Source: Acidobacteriota bacterium | GTDB taxonomy: Bacteria; Acidobacteriota; UBA890; WLXD01 | Length of the DNA: 64,000 bases | Direction: 5' to 3' | Assembly: GCA_963666215.2 (NCBI GenBank) | Contig: CAXWPL010000001.1 | Span: 32,001 to 96,000 of the forward strand | Shown: positions 8,958 to 19,396 of the stretch, one piece after another | Layout of the letters: the number at the start of each line of letters is the position of its first letter | Position numbering within the stretch: the stretch's first letter is position 1 | Notes under the pieces: generated by a model | What the model saw: only the letters and a program-made list of their open reading frames with translations | Databases searched by the model: none | What the model was told of the DNA's origin: nothing | Made by a program: the position numbers and the translations under genes

Positions 8958-9285
8958 GGAGTTCGATCGCACCCTCACTCTCGACCCGGGTCAGATCGAT
9001 GCCTACGTCAATAAGGGCCTGATCCTGATGCGCGGTGGCGAGTACTCCAAAGCCGTGGGCGTGTTCCAAGCGGCGATCGCGAGGGACCCGAATCATGCCC
9101 TGGCACACTACAACCTCGGTCTCGCCTACGAAGAGAGCGAGCATTTTGACCAGGCGATCGATGTCTACGCCATGTTCATGCGTCTCGGTGGTGCCGAGCA
9201 CGGGGAGCTGGCTACATACGTTGGCCGCCGTATCGAATGGCTCGAAACACTGCCCGGTAGCCGCTACGGTGGCTCGCAACGCTGA
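8071..9285 (+). CDS. IS481 transposase fused in frame to a C-terminal TPR-repeat fragment
   Basis: SD AAGGAG; LHLDTKK, IDDHSR, TDNG, TNGKAER (DDE); after HAGIG it continues EFDRTLTLDP..AYVNKG..DPNHALAHYNLG (TPRs). Confidence 0.85.
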   Translation: MQLHGNARTTPYIRREMVRRVRERAEPVTETAAALGVSARTVYKWLDRYEREGEAGLLDRSSRPTCCPHATSAGVVRQIDKLRRRRLTAWQISRRLAVPRSTVSAWLKRLGLAKLDALEPKPEIVRYEYEHPGDLLHLDTKKLARIRRPGHRIHGDRSKRAYGVGWENAHVAIDDHSRVAYVEVLPAEDQHTCTAFLQRAVEHFASMGVAVRRVMTDNGPGYVSKRFNRLCHQLEIRHIYTRPYTPRTNGKAERFIRTLKEQWAYGTCYQTSARRTRALRPWLNHYNRHRPHAGIGEFDRTLTLDPGQIDAYVNKGLILMRGGEYSKAVGVFQAAIARDPNHALAHYNLGLAYEESEHFDQAIDVYAMFMRLGGAEHGELATYVGRRIEWLETLPGSRYGGSQR

Positions 9286-9907
9286 GGCCCAACCGGCGGC
9301 CAAGCGATGCGATGCTGTTGGCTTGTGCTTGGCGATCGCCCTTGTCGTGATGGCGCCGGGAGCCGCGAGCGCACAGGCTCGCCCGTGCGTGTATCACGAC
9401 ACAGACGGCCGCATCGTGATCACCGATCGACTCTCAGATCCCCGCTGCGCCCACCTGCGCCCGCGCCCCGCAGCGGCATCTCGAGCTACGCCAAGACGGA
9501 TCTCGCTGGCGACGGCCGAGCTGGTTGATCTCACACACCGCACCGCGCTCGAGTTCGGCGTGGACCACCGGCTCATCGAATCGGTCGTCGAGATGGAATC
9601 TGCCTACAACCCACGGGCGGTCTCGCGAACCGGCGCCATGGGGCTCATGCAGTTGATGCCCGACCTGGCGCGGCAGTACGGCGTGCGGAACGCGTTCGAT
9701 GCGCGTGAGAATCTTCGCGCCGGCATTCTGCACATGAGAGCGCTGCTGCGAAAGTATGAGTCGGATGTTCGGCTCACGCTCGCGGCCTACAACGCCGGGG
9801 AGGGGAGCGTGAAGCGATACGGTGGAGTGTCCCCGTTCCGCGAGACGCTCGACTACGTTGCTCGAGTGCTGGCGCGATATCGTCAGCGAGTCAGAGCCGA
9901 GACGTAG
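9269..9907 (+). CDS. lytic transglycosylase (SLT domain), exported
   Basis: Signal-like segment ending ASAQ; ESAYNPRAVSRTGAMGLMQLMP, LAAYNAGEG, ETLDYV; start uncertain. Confidence 0.88.
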   Translation: MARNAEAQPAAKRCDAVGLCLAIALVVMAPGAASAQARPCVYHDTDGRIVITDRLSDPRCAHLRPRPAAASRATPRRISLATAELVDLTHRTALEFGVDHRLIESVVEMESAYNPRAVSRTGAMGLMQLMPDLARQYGVRNAFDARENLRAGILHMRALLRKYESDVRLTLAAYNAGEGSVKRYGGVSPFRETLDYVARVLARYRQRVRAET

Positions 9908-9921
9908 CAACGGCTTCCTCG

Positions 9922-9957
9922 GAAGACTCGGGACATCGCTAGAAGACTTGAGACATC
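9922..9957 (+). repeat. tandem direct repeat with 20-bp period
   Basis: GAAGACTCGGGACATC (9922-9937) and GAAGACTTGAGACATC (9942-9957), 14/16 identical. Confidence 0.7.
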
Positions 9958-10038
9958 AGTGCGCGAGGCCGCCGACGTGTTTCCGGCAGGCGAGAGTGCG
10001 AGGATGCAGCCAACTCTTCTCGAGACTCGGAGGCTGCA

Positions 10039-10752
10039 GTGGGTGGGTTTCTCGCCGAGCGCCGGCGCCATTCGGAGCTGATGGACGCACCGGACATCGC
10101 TGCCAGTGAACACCGACGCGCCCTCGCCGGATTGGAGCGCATCAACCGGCTCTCCGCTGCCGTCCGACCGATTTGGAACCAGATCGCCCCCCTCATCGTG
10201 CGCACTGGCGGCGCTCTCCGAGTTCTCGACGTTGCGTGCGGAGGCGGTGAAGTCGCCGTCGGGCTGCAGAAACGCGCCCTCCGCGCCGGGCTCGACATCG
10301 AGGTTTTCGGTCTGGATATCAGCTCGTTGGCGGTCCAGGTCGCTCGCGAGAGGGCGTCGGCCGAAGGACTGGTGATGCGGTTTGCCGTTGGCGACGCTGT
10401 TGCCACACCGATCGACATCCACGAGCACTACGATGTCGTGATGAGCAGCCTGTTCCTGCACCACCTCGACGAACACGACGCCCTCCGCCTGCTGCGCCAT
10501 TCGGCGGCCGCGGCAACGCGTCGCGTGCTCGTCGTCGACCTGCGCCGCTCTCTGCGGGGCTACGTCCTGGCCGTGCTCGGCACGCGCGCTCTGAGCCGCT
10601 CGCCGGTTGTGCACTACGATGGCCCCGCCTCGGTACGCGCCGCATTCCATATCGAAGAAGCATGCCGGCTGGCCGAGCGTGCCGGCCTGCAGAACGTGCG
10701 AGCGGAGGCTCGTTGGCCGTTCCGATTTCTTCTCTCGGCGGATCCTGCATGA
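10039..10752 (+). CDS. SAM-dependent methyltransferase (type III PKS-associated)
   Basis: RRRHSELMD N-terminal motif, VLDVACGGG, SSLFLHHL, DLRRS, DGPASVRAAF. Confidence 0.88.
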   Translation: MGGFLAERRRHSELMDAPDIAASEHRRALAGLERINRLSAAVRPIWNQIAPLIVRTGGALRVLDVACGGGEVAVGLQKRALRAGLDIEVFGLDISSLAVQVARERASAEGLVMRFAVGDAVATPIDIHEHYDVVMSSLFLHHLDEHDALRLLRHSAAAATRRVLVVDLRRSLRGYVLAVLGTRALSRSPVVHYDGPASVRAAFHIEEACRLAERAGLQNVRAEARWPFRFLLSADPA

Positions 10753-12131
10753 ACTCCTTCGCTGTCACGGAAGATCGCCGCGAGCTCGGGTGCGGCGTAT
10801 TCGACGTCGTTGTGGTTGGCGCCGGACCGGCGGGCTCGATGGCGGCGCTGGAATGCGCTCGCGCAGGCATGTCGGTGCTCCTGGTTGATCGCAGTCGGCA
10901 TCCCCGAGCCAAGGTATGCGGCTGCTGTCTCACTCCCGGCTCGCTCGACGCCCTTACGGCCGCGCTCGGATGCGCCGAAGTGGATGCATTGGGTGGCCTA
11001 CCGCTGCGTCGCGTGCGGCTCGCGGCTTGGGGCCGGCGGCTCGAACTGCCGCTGGCGCGGGCCATGGTGTTGTCGCGCGCGCGTCTCGACAGCGTGCTGC
11101 TCGAGCGAGCCCGAGACGCCGGGGCACGGATTCTGTTCCCTGCCACGGCGAGCCCCGGTGCAGTGACCGCCGAATGGCGCGAGGTTCGCCTGCGTCACGA
11201 GGGTTCATCGATGCGGGTTCGCGGCCGTGTTGTCCTGGCTGCCGACGGGCTGAGCGGAGGCTTTCTGCGCGCCTGCCGAAAGCAGGCACTCGCGCAGGTT
11301 GGCGGTGCGTCGCAGGCCGTTGCGAAGGGTGAATCCGCCGCCGAACGTCCGGCGTTGGGACACGTCGGCGCCGCCTTGATACTGCCTTCTACGCAGGCAA
11401 ATCCTGATTACGCTCCCGGCGTTGTCTACATGGCCGCGGGCTCGGGGGGATACGTGGGCGTAGTTCGCCTCGAGGACGGTCGCCTCAACATCGCCGCTTC
11501 GCTATCGAGCGACGCTCTGCGCCCCGAGGCCCAAGTCGGGGAGCGGAGGCGGCCGAAACTCGAAGGCGTGGTGGCGGGAATTCTCGCCGCGGCGGGGTTG
11601 CCGCCGATTGGCTTCGACCGCGTTGGAGCCCATGCCGACGGCCGCGCCAATTCCCGGCCGGCCGCGGTCGTCGAATCGATGACCGCCGAGCAGCCGTCGA
11701 CCGACGAGGCGGGACCACCGCTGCGACACTGGATGGCGACCCCAAGGTTGCGGACACGCCCAGGGCACCTGATGGCGCCGCGCGTGCTGGCCATTGGCGA
11801 CGCTGCCGGATTCTGGGAGCCATTCACCGGCGAGGGAATCGCGTGGGCGCTCAACTCAGGCCGCGAAGCGGCGGCCGCCGTTCCGGGGCTGATTCCACAG
11901 TGGCGAGCTGGCGAGGTCGAGGCCTGGGAGCAGGGGTTCAGGGCCCGGTTGCGGCGACGTCAGCGACACAGTCAGCGTGTCGCGGCTCTGGCTGGTCGAC
12001 CACGGCTCGCCGCTGCAGCCATGACACTGTTGAGTGCGTGGCCACACTCGCTCCATTGGTTGTTGCCCGGTCAGCAACTGACTGGACGTCGTGCATCGGG
12101 AAGCGCGCGGTCCGAGCGGGTGAACGCATGA
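10749..12131 (+). CDS. FAD-dependent oxidoreductase (geranylgeranyl reductase/aromatic hydroxylase-like)
   Basis: VVVGAGPAGS, PRAKVCG, AADG, IGDAAGFWEPFTGEGI; ATGA coupling on both sides. Confidence 0.88.
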   Translation: MNSFAVTEDRRELGCGVFDVVVVGAGPAGSMAALECARAGMSVLLVDRSRHPRAKVCGCCLTPGSLDALTAALGCAEVDALGGLPLRRVRLAAWGRRLELPLARAMVLSRARLDSVLLERARDAGARILFPATASPGAVTAEWREVRLRHEGSSMRVRGRVVLAADGLSGGFLRACRKQALAQVGGASQAVAKGESAAERPALGHVGAALILPSTQANPDYAPGVVYMAAGSGGYVGVVRLEDGRLNIAASLSSDALRPEAQVGERRRPKLEGVVAGILAAAGLPPIGFDRVGAHADGRANSRPAAVVESMTAEQPSTDEAGPPLRHWMATPRLRTRPGHLMAPRVLAIGDAAGFWEPFTGEGIAWALNSGREAAAAVPGLIPQWRAGEVEAWEQGFRARLRRRQRHSQRVAALAGRPRLAAAAMTLLSAWPHSLHWLLPGQQLTGRRASGSARSERVNA

Positions 12132-13357
12132 GCTTGCACGTTGTCGGAATCGGGACGGCGGTTCCCGAACATACGATCGCGCAATCCGACGCCGCCAGCG
12201 TCAGCCGTGCCCTGCTTCCCCCCAATGCATCCCCGCGACACGGGTCACTGCTCGAAGCCTTGTATCGCCGCTCGGGCGTCGAGCGTCGGGGGTCGGTTCT
12301 GCTGGCCGAGACCGATGGAGACTGCGGGGCAAGGGCAGAGACCACGACCGACTCGGGCGCACAGGGCTTCTACAAGCCGGCGACCTCCGAAACGGACGGT
12401 GGTCCGGGGACGGCGTCGCGGATGGCGCACTATGAGCGGTCGGCGATTGCTCTTCTCGACACGGCCGCTCGACGAGCGATCCTCGAGGCGGGCGTCGATG
12501 CGGCTGCCTTCACTCACCTGATTACCGTTTCCTGCACCGGATTCTACGCGCCCGGTCTGGACGCGGGCCTCATCAACCGGCTCTCGCTGCCGCGCGATGT
12601 TGCCCGCGCGCACATCGGGTTCATGGGTTGTCACGGCCTGTTCAACGCCATCGGCGTGGCGAAGTCGATCGTCGAGGCGGAGCCCTCTGCGACGGTTCTT
12701 GTGGCCGCGGTGGAGCTCTGCAGCCTTCACTTCAGCTACGGCTGGGAGTCGGAGAAGATCGTCGCGAACTCACTCTTCGCCGACGGCGCGGCGGCTTTGA
12801 TTTGCACCGCCGCGGGCTCGGAGCTGCCGCAGTCGACACCGTTGCTGGCGTTCGACGCCACGGCCTCCTACCTGCTGCCCGATTCCGAGGATGCCATGAC
12901 GTGGAGGATCGGTGATCACGGCTTCGAGATGACTCTCGCCGCCAGCGTGCCCGGGCTGGTTGCGCGTCACGTGGGCCCATGGCTCGATGCTTGGCTCGGG
13001 GAGGAAGGACTGTGCCGCGACCAGGTTCGTACGTGGGCGGTTCATCCGGGGGGACCGCGCATTCTCACCGCGTTCGAGCGCTCGGCGTCTCTGCGCAACG
13101 GGGCGCTGGCGGTTTCGCGCCTGGTGTTGTCGCGCTGCGGCAACATGTCGTCGGTGACGGTGGCGTTCATCCTCGAGGAGCTGTCACGCTCAGGTGCCGA
13201 GTCGCCGGGTGTCGCCGTTGGGTTCGGTCCGGGAATGGTGGCCGAGGGGCTGCTCTTCAGAACGCTCGATGGAGGCAAACACGAGGACCGACGGCAGGCG
13301 CCTTCGCCGGGCGAGTCGGACGGCCCTCGTACGGGCCCGACATTGATCCCCGGCTAG
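12128..13357 (+). CDS. type III polyketide synthase
   Basis: Cys-His-Asn triad motifs FMGCHG, VHPGG, GNMSS; also ELCSLH, LFADGAAA, GFGPG. Confidence 0.93.
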   Translation: MSLHVVGIGTAVPEHTIAQSDAASVSRALLPPNASPRHGSLLEALYRRSGVERRGSVLLAETDGDCGARAETTTDSGAQGFYKPATSETDGGPGTASRMAHYERSAIALLDTAARRAILEAGVDAAAFTHLITVSCTGFYAPGLDAGLINRLSLPRDVARAHIGFMGCHGLFNAIGVAKSIVEAEPSATVLVAAVELCSLHFSYGWESEKIVANSLFADGAAALICTAAGSELPQSTPLLAFDATASYLLPDSEDAMTWRIGDHGFEMTLAASVPGLVARHVGPWLDAWLGEEGLCRDQVRTWAVHPGGPRILTAFERSASLRNGALAVSRLVLSRCGNMSSVTVAFILEELSRSGAESPGVAVGFGPGMVAEGLLFRTLDGGKHEDRRQAPSPGESDGPRTGPTLIPG

Positions 13358-13385
13358 CAGCCAACACCCTCGGTCGAAGAAGGGA

Positions 13386-14081
13386 GTGCTCGTGAACCTA
13401 CGAAGTCCACGTTGGCGCACGCCGACGCTGTTCGCCGTGGGGGTCTGCCTCATCGGGGCGCTGCCGCCGTCGGAACGCTCGCCGTGTCAGGCGCCTCAAC
13501 TTGAGCTGCGCATCGATTACGACCGGTCGTTCATCGTGGCGAGCACTGGCAAAGCCGGCCTTCTCGGGTTTCTGGGCCACAAGCACGGTGTTTTGGCAAC
13601 CAGCTGGGAGGCCGAGTTGCGCTACAACACAGAAGCCGTCGAGGGCTCCACGATCCGGGTCGGCGTGGACGTGGCTGCTTTGGTGATCGATACCGACGTG
13701 GCGAGACGGCGTGCCCGGCTAGGCGCCGGGCCCACCGACGAAGAGCGCGCCGAGTTGCAGCCGAAGATGCTCGACAATGAGCACCTTGCGGCCGAGACTC
13801 ATGCTGCCATCGAGTTCGCCAGCAGCTCGGTCGAGCGTCGAGGCGAGAGCGAGCTGCGGGTGGTCGGGACCTTCACGCTGATGGGGGTGAGCCGCGACGT
13901 TGAGGTCGACATCACCGCCTGGAGCACGGCCGGCTACCAGATCTTCTCGGGCGAGTTCGAGATCGGACAGCGCGACTACGGTCTCGAGCCGGAGTCAGTC
14001 GGTGGCGTGGTCAAGGTTGCCAACGACGTGACGATCCGTTTCCAGATCTGGACGCTGCCTGCTGAGACGGTACGGCGGTAA
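13386..14081 (+). CDS. YceI-family protein, exported
   Basis: Signal-like N terminus; GLLGFLGHKH, IEFASSSV, GTFTLMGVSR, QRDYGLEP, VKVANDVTIRF. Confidence 0.8.
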   Translation: MLVNLRSPRWRTPTLFAVGVCLIGALPPSERSPCQAPQLELRIDYDRSFIVASTGKAGLLGFLGHKHGVLATSWEAELRYNTEAVEGSTIRVGVDVAALVIDTDVARRRARLGAGPTDEERAELQPKMLDNEHLAAETHAAIEFASSSVERRGESELRVVGTFTLMGVSRDVEVDITAWSTAGYQIFSGEFEIGQRDYGLEPESVGGVVKVANDVTIRFQIWTLPAETVRR

Positions 14082-14106
14082 CGCAGGCTCTCGTATTGAC
14101 GGCCTG

Positions 14107-16416
14107 CTACAGCGAAACCCGACGCAGTCGTAGCGCGTTGCCCACCACGGTGAGTGACGACAGCGCCATCGCGACCTCCGCGATCACCGGGTGCAGCAGG
14201 CCTGCAATCGCCAGCGGAATGGCGACGAGGTTGTAGAAGAACGCCCAAAACAGGTTCTGTCGGATTACGCGGAAGGTCGCCCGCGCCAGCTTTATGGCAG
14301 CGGCAACACCGGCGAGCTCGCCGTGTACCAGCGTGACGTCGGCCGCCTGTATGGCGATGTCGGTGCCCGTACCTATGGCAACGCCGACGTCGGCCTGGGT
14401 GAGGGCCGGAGCGTCGTTGATCCCGTCGCCCACCATCACCACTCGCTTGCCGGTCGCCTGTAGCTGGCGAATCGCCTCGAGCTTGTCGGCGGGCAGCAGC
14501 TGGGCTCGAACCTCCGTTATACCCACGCTGGACGCGATCGCCTCGGCGGTGCGCCGGTTGTCGCCGGTCAGCATCGTCGTCGTCAGCCCGGCATCGTGCA
14601 GCGCTTGGATGGCGCTTCGAGCGCCCGGCTTGACAGGGTCGGCGATACCCAGCACGCCAAGAGCTCGGCCGGCGCGCGCAACCACCACCGTGGTCATGGC
14701 GGCGCGCTCGAGCTCGTCGATCCCGATGTCGAGAGCCGCGAGATCGACGCGGCGTTCGCGCAGCCAGGCGGCACTCCCGACCACGACATGGATCCCGTCG
14801 ACCATGCCGTGGGCGCCCCGCCCGACCACCGCCTCGAATTGCTCGACAGGGGGCGGCGCGATCGATCGCGTTGCGGCGGCTTCACGAATCGCGCTCGCCA
14901 AAGGGTGCTCGGAGGCCTGCTCAACGCCCACGGCGGCTCGCAACAGCTCGGCCTCATCAACGCCTGCCGCCGTGCGCAGCTCCACAACCTCCGGGCGGCC
15001 GAGTGTGACGGTGCCGGTCTTGTCGAGCAGGACGACGTCGGCCTCCACCAGAGCCTGCAGCGCGGCGCCCGACCGGAACAGCACGCCCGCGCGCGCGCCT
15101 CGTCCGCTTCCCACCGTCAGCGCCGTCGGAGTGGCGAGTCCCAGCGCACAGGGGCAGGCGATGACGAGCACCGCGACGGCGGCGAAAACGGCAAGAGAAA
15201 CGCTGCCGAGGTCGGCGTTGACCCAAGGCAGAACGGCGGCGGCGCGGCGCGCCAGGGATGCCATGAAGTCGGGCAGTAGGAGCCACGCGACAAGTGTGGC
15301 GGTCGCGGTGATCAAGCTAGCGGGAACGAACACGCCGGTCACGCGATCTGCCAGCTGCTGGATGGGCACCTTGGTGGTTTGGCACTCCTCGACCATGCGC
15401 ACGATCTGCGCCAGGAACGTGTCGGCCCCGATGCGCGTTGCTTCAATGACGAGGCGCCCGTGTTGGTTGACCGTGGCGCCAATCACCTCGGCTCCGGGCT
15501 CCTTCGCAACGGGGATCGACTCACCCGTGGCCATCGACTCGTCGGCCGTGCTGTTGCCCTCGACCACGCGGCCGTCCACCGGAATCTTCTCCCCCGGTCT
15601 CACGAGCACGAGCGTGCCGACCTCGATGAGCTCGATCGCCACGCGCTGCTCGACATCGTCGACGAGGATCGAGGCCTCCTTCGCGCCGAGCTCGAGGAGG
15701 CCTCGAATCGCGCTCGCCGCGCGGCCTTTGGCGCGGGTCTCCAGATATCGGCCAGTCAGGTGGAACGCCATGATCATTGCTGCGACGCCGGCGAAGCTCG
15801 TCATTGGAGTCAGGAGCGACGCGACTCCGCTGCCGTAGGCGGCCAGGGTGCCGAGTGCGATCAGCAGATCCATGTTGGCGTTGCCGCGATGCAGGCCGCT
15901 GAGCCCTCGGAACCCCGCTCGGAAGGTTTCGGCCCCAACCACGAAGAGCACCGGGAACGCGAGCACGACCATGAGGAGCTTGTGCAGAACGGGGCTCGGC
16001 CAGGGAGCCCCGAAGCCCCAGCTTCCGGCCATGATGAGCATGATCGGGAGCGTGAACAGCCAAGCGAAGAACACACGCCCCTGCGCTTCGCGCACCCGCG
16101 CACGTTCGTTGCCGCTGGTCGCAACGCGCGGGTCGCGCGGCGTGGTGATGGCCTCGATCGTGTAGCCGGCGCCGGCGACGGCCTTCGACAGCGCCGCCTC
16201 GTCGGCCAGAGCGGGATCGAACGCCACGCGGGCGCGTTCCGTGGTGACGTTGACCGCGGCCTCGGTCACGCCCGGGAGCGCCCGCAGCGCCCGCTCGACG
16301 TTGCCGGCGCAGGCGCCACAGTGCATGCCGCTAACGGTGAGCGTGCGGGTGGCGAGCGCCGCGTCAGTGGGAGCGATTGCGCTGCGTGTCGAGGTTGATT
16401 CTGTTGTCGGTGTCAT
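14107..16416 (-). CDS. copA: copper-translocating P1B-type ATPase
   Basis: GMHCGAC HMA domain, [31 protein letters not shown] and MALSS motifs. Confidence 0.95.
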   Translation of the reverse strand: MTPTTESTSTRSAIAPTDAALATRTLTVSGMHCGACAGNVERALRALPGVTEAAVNVTTERARVAFDPALADEAALSKAVAGAGYTIEAITTPRDPRVATSGNERARVREAQGRVFFAWLFTLPIMLIMAGSWGFGAPWPSPVLHKLLMVVLAFPVLFVVGAETFRAGFRGLSGLHRGNANMDLLIALGTLAAYGSGVASLLTPMTSFAGVAAMIMAFHLTGRYLETRAKGRAASAIRGLLELGAKEASILVDDVEQRVAIELIEVGTLVLVRPGEKIPVDGRVVEGNSTADESMATGESIPVAKEPGAEVIGATVNQHGRLVIEATRIGADTFLAQIVRMVEECQTTKVPIQQLADRVTGVFVPASLITATATLVAWLLLPDFMASLARRAAAVLPWVNADLGSVSLAVFAAVAVLVIACPCALGLATPTALTVGSGRGARAGVLFRSGAALQALVEADVVLLDKTGTVTLGRPEVVELRTAAGVDEAELLRAAVGVEQASEHPLASAIREAAATRSIAPPPVEQFEAVVGRGAHGMVDGIHVVVGSAAWLRERRVDLAALDIGIDELERAAMTTVVVARAGRALGVLGIADPVKPGARSAIQALHDAGLTTTMLTGDNRRTAEAIASSVGITEVRAQLLPADKLEAIRQLQATGKRVVMVGDGINDAPALTQADVGVAIGTGTDIAIQAADVTLVHGELAGVAAAIKLARATFRVIRQNLFWAFFYNLVAIPLAIAGLLHPVIAEVAMALSSLTVVGNALRLRRVSL

Positions 16417-16745
16417 CGGTGACTCCGGTCGACGATCGAGATCACTTCGTCAATCCGCTGGTCGCGGATGGCTTCGTTGCCGCTCTGCACCGCCTCGACC
16501 ACGCAGTGGCGCAGGTGTCGATGCAGAATCGACTGGCCGACGCGTTGCAGTGCGCGCTCGGCCGAGCGCACCTGCGTGAGGATATCGATGCAATAGCGCT
16601 CGGCCTCGATCATCCGCTGAAGACCACGCACCTGTCCTTCGATGCGTCGCAGACGCTTGATCTCGTCGTCGTGTGGTACGCCGTGGCTTGGCGTGGTGGA
16701 GCCCGCGTTGGTTGCCTCGGCCGTCGAATCGTCGCGATCGCTCAT
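16413..16745 (-). CDS. csoR: CsoR-family copper-sensing repressor
   Basis: [23 protein letters not shown] metal ligands; overlaps the copA start. Confidence 0.92.
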   Translation of the reverse strand: MSDRDDSTAEATNAGSTTPSHGVPHDDEIKRLRRIEGQVRGLQRMIEAERYCIDILTQVRSAERALQRVGQSILHRHLRHCVVEAVQSGNEAIRDQRIDEVISIVDRSHR

Positions 16746-16752
16746 GTGTCCA

Positions 16753-16774
16753 ATACTATAGGGGGGTAGGGTAT
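16753..16774. promoter_or_regulatory. CsoR operator
   Basis: ATACTATA-GGGGGG-TAGGGTAT, a G6 tract flanked by ATAC/GTAT inverted repeats directly upstream of csoR. Confidence 0.8.
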
Positions 16775-16892
16775 AATCAAGATTCTGGTGCAACCGTAGA
16801 CGCCAGCAAGGGGTACCCTTCGTGGCATTCTTTGACGCCCGCGCTCGTGTTCCGCTACGCGCGGTCTCCTCGATTCTCCCGAGCCATCTGCC

Positions 16893-19370
16893 GTGCGAAG
16901 AACGTCGCTAGGAATCTGCCTGATCGCGCTCTGCACGCTCATGGTGGAGCTTCTGCTGACTCGCGTATTCGACGTGGTCCTGTATCCCAACCTCGGGTAC
17001 ATGATCATCACCGCCGCGATGTTCTCGCTCGGCCTCGCCGGTATCTACACGACGCTGAAGCCGCCCCCAGCCGACGGGGTCGGGCAACGGCTCAGCCGTC
17101 TCGCGTTCTGGTTCGGACTGTCGCTACTGGTCATCCGGCCGGCGCTCAACGCGATTCCCTTCGAGTACACCGCGATCGCCTCGAACCCCGTCCGACAGCT
17201 GCTCTATTTCGCCGCGATCTATCTGGTGATCACCGTACCGTTTTTCCTGGCTGGCCTCATCTTTTGCCATGCGTTCACCAGCTACGCGACCTCGATCCAG
17301 TCGCTGTACGCGTGGGACCTCACCGGCGCCGCAGTCGGCTGCGTGGTGCTGGTGCCGGCTTTGCCCTACCTCGGACCTGGCGGGCTCCTGTTTGTGGCTA
17401 CGGCGATCGCCATGGCCGCGGCATGGCTGTTCCATCCGGGCGGGCGCTGGCGCACGGTGTTGCTGGCGACGGTTGCCGCTGTCAGCTTCTTGCCGCCGCT
17501 CGCCGTGATGCCCGGTTACCTGGAATTCGTCGAGCACAAGAGTGATCGTGGCCTTCGGGACGCGCGCCGTGATGGCCGGTCCGAGCTCACCCATTGGGAT
17601 CCGATCTCGAAAGTCGAAGTGATCGATCTGGGAGTCTCGAAGAACATCGTCTACGACGGTGGCAGTCAGAGCAGCTTCATCTACCCGTTTTCGGGAGATT
17701 TCGGACGGCTGCGCACGGTGCTCGATCGCGCGATTCGCGCGAATGCCGAGGCCATTGTTCTGCGCCATTTTTGGCAGCGAAGCGTGTTCCTTTCTCACTA
17801 TCTCAAGCGCGACTCCGACCAGCGTGTGCTGGTGATTGGCAGCGCCGCTGGGCAGGAGGTGAAGGCCGCACTGACGTACGGTGCCGGCCACGTCGACGGT
17901 GTCGAGATGGTCGGGGTGGTGGTCGACCTCGGCAAGACGACGTACGCGCGCTACAACGGCAACGTGCTGAACGAACCGCGAGCCAATGTGGTCCGTGGCG
18001 AGGGCAGGAGCTTTCTTCGAGCTTCGGCCGCCGCGGGGGCGCGCTACGACATCATCCAGATCTGGAGCAACCACGCGTCCTCGAGCGTTGCTGCCGGCGT
18101 CGGAGCGCTCGATCCCGCATACCTGCTCACCGCCGACTCGTTCGTCGAGTACTTCAATGGGCTGAGCGACGACGGCATCCTGCAGGTCAATCACCACACC
18201 TACCCACGGATCATCGCCACGGCCGCGCTTGCGTGGAAGTGGCTGGAACGCGAGGACTTCCAACGTCACGTCGTGGTCACGTCGAGAGCCGTCGATCGCG
18301 ACGATTCGCTGCCAACGGTCTTGATCAAGATGACGCCGTGGACGGCCCGCGAGCTTCAGGACGTGCGCTACTTCCTGTCGATGCGACCCGGGTACGACCC
18401 GAAGTTCAAGATCGACGAGAATCCGAGGCGAAACGAGGAGAGCTTCCTTTCGGCGGAGTTCTACTCAGGCGAGCTCAGCGATGAATTACTGGAGCAGGTG
18501 CCCTACAGAATCACGCCGACGACCGACGATCGCCCGTACTTCAAGTTTCTACGTCGAGACATGAGCCGGGTGCGCGCCAACGCATCGCTGTTCGTCTGGC
18601 CCGAGACATCTCGCCGTCTCAACATGCAGCTCGCGCAGGGCGGCGGAGTGCCTATGGACGTGATCCATTTGCTCGTCAGCGCGTTCGTGTCGGTGCTGTT
18701 CGGGATCGTCTTCGTGCTGGTGCCACTGTTGTTCTCGTCGGTCGGACGCGGCCGCTGGCGGGGAAAGTACACTTCGCTGACGTACTTCTCGTGTCTTGGC
18801 GCCGGCTTCATCATTATCGAGCTGGTGTTGATTCAAAAGTTGCTGCGCTTCGTTGGCTATCCGCTCTACACCTACTCGCTGGTGCTATTCACGTTGCTGC
18901 TTGCTGCGGGAATCGGCAGCATGGCCTCCGCCAAGTTGCGCGTGAGTCCCGGTAGCCGCTGGTGGTGGCCGTTCGCGGGTGTGCTCGGATACGGGGTGTT
19001 CTTGCTTGCCACCCACATGACGATCCTCGATCGTTTTCTGGGGTTGCCGACGGTGCCGCGGATGGCGATTGCGGCCGCCTACATTTTCCCTCTCGGCTTC
19101 TTCTTGGGGATGCCTTTCCCGCTCGGCATCCTGGCTGTAGAGCGCGTGGCCCGCGGGGCGGTTGCCTGGGCGTGGGGCATGAACGGGCTGTTCACCGTGG
19201 TCGGTGGACTCGCCAGCGTGCTGCTCTCGGTTTACCTCGGCTTCAACGCGGCGCTGGTGGTTGCGTTGGCGATGTACGCGGTGGCGATGGGCTGCATGGT
19301 CCGCATGCGCGCGGTGGCGGGTCGAGCGGCTCTACCGCGTCTACAGGACAAGGCGAGCGCGAATTCCTGA
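16893..19370 (+). CDS. multi-pass membrane protein with central spermidine-synthase-like SAM-binding domain
   Basis: N- and C-terminal TM blocks; VLVIGSAAGQEV, EGRSFL, YDIIQI, TDDRPYF, GMPFPLG, WAWGMNG. Confidence 0.85.
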   Translation: MRRTSLGICLIALCTLMVELLLTRVFDVVLYPNLGYMIITAAMFSLGLAGIYTTLKPPPADGVGQRLSRLAFWFGLSLLVIRPALNAIPFEYTAIASNPVRQLLYFAAIYLVITVPFFLAGLIFCHAFTSYATSIQSLYAWDLTGAAVGCVVLVPALPYLGPGGLLFVATAIAMAAAWLFHPGGRWRTVLLATVAAVSFLPPLAVMPGYLEFVEHKSDRGLRDARRDGRSELTHWDPISKVEVIDLGVSKNIVYDGGSQSSFIYPFSGDFGRLRTVLDRAIRANAEAIVLRHFWQRSVFLSHYLKRDSDQRVLVIGSAAGQEVKAALTYGAGHVDGVEMVGVVVDLGKTTYARYNGNVLNEPRANVVRGEGRSFLRASAAAGARYDIIQIWSNHASSSVAAGVGALDPAYLLTADSFVEYFNGLSDDGILQVNHHTYPRIIATAALAWKWLEREDFQRHVVVTSRAVDRDDSLPTVLIKMTPWTARELQDVRYFLSMRPGYDPKFKIDENPRRNEESFLSAEFYSGELSDELLEQVPYRITPTTDDRPYFKFLRRDMSRVRANASLFVWPETSRRLNMQLAQGGGVPMDVIHLLVSAFVSVLFGIVFVLVPLLFSSVGRGRWRGKYTSLTYFSCLGAGFIIIELVLIQKLLRFVGYPLYTYSLVLFTLLLAAGIGSMASAKLRVSPGSRWWWPFAGVLGYGVFLLATHMTILDRFLGLPTVPRMAIAAAYIFPLGFFLGMPFPLGILAVERVARGAVAWAWGMNGLFTVVGGLASVLLSVYLGFNAALVVALAMYAVAMGCMVRMRAVAGRAALPRLQDKASANS

Positions 19371-19396
19371 GGCGGGCGGCGCATGCCGTCGCCGCG

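Noticed and set aside
14294-15838. Long alternative-frame and antisense ORFs (e.g. 14294-15838, 28262-30031, 54338-55861)
   Set aside because: Shadow ORFs typical of high-GC DNA, overlapping well-supported genes and lacking motifs
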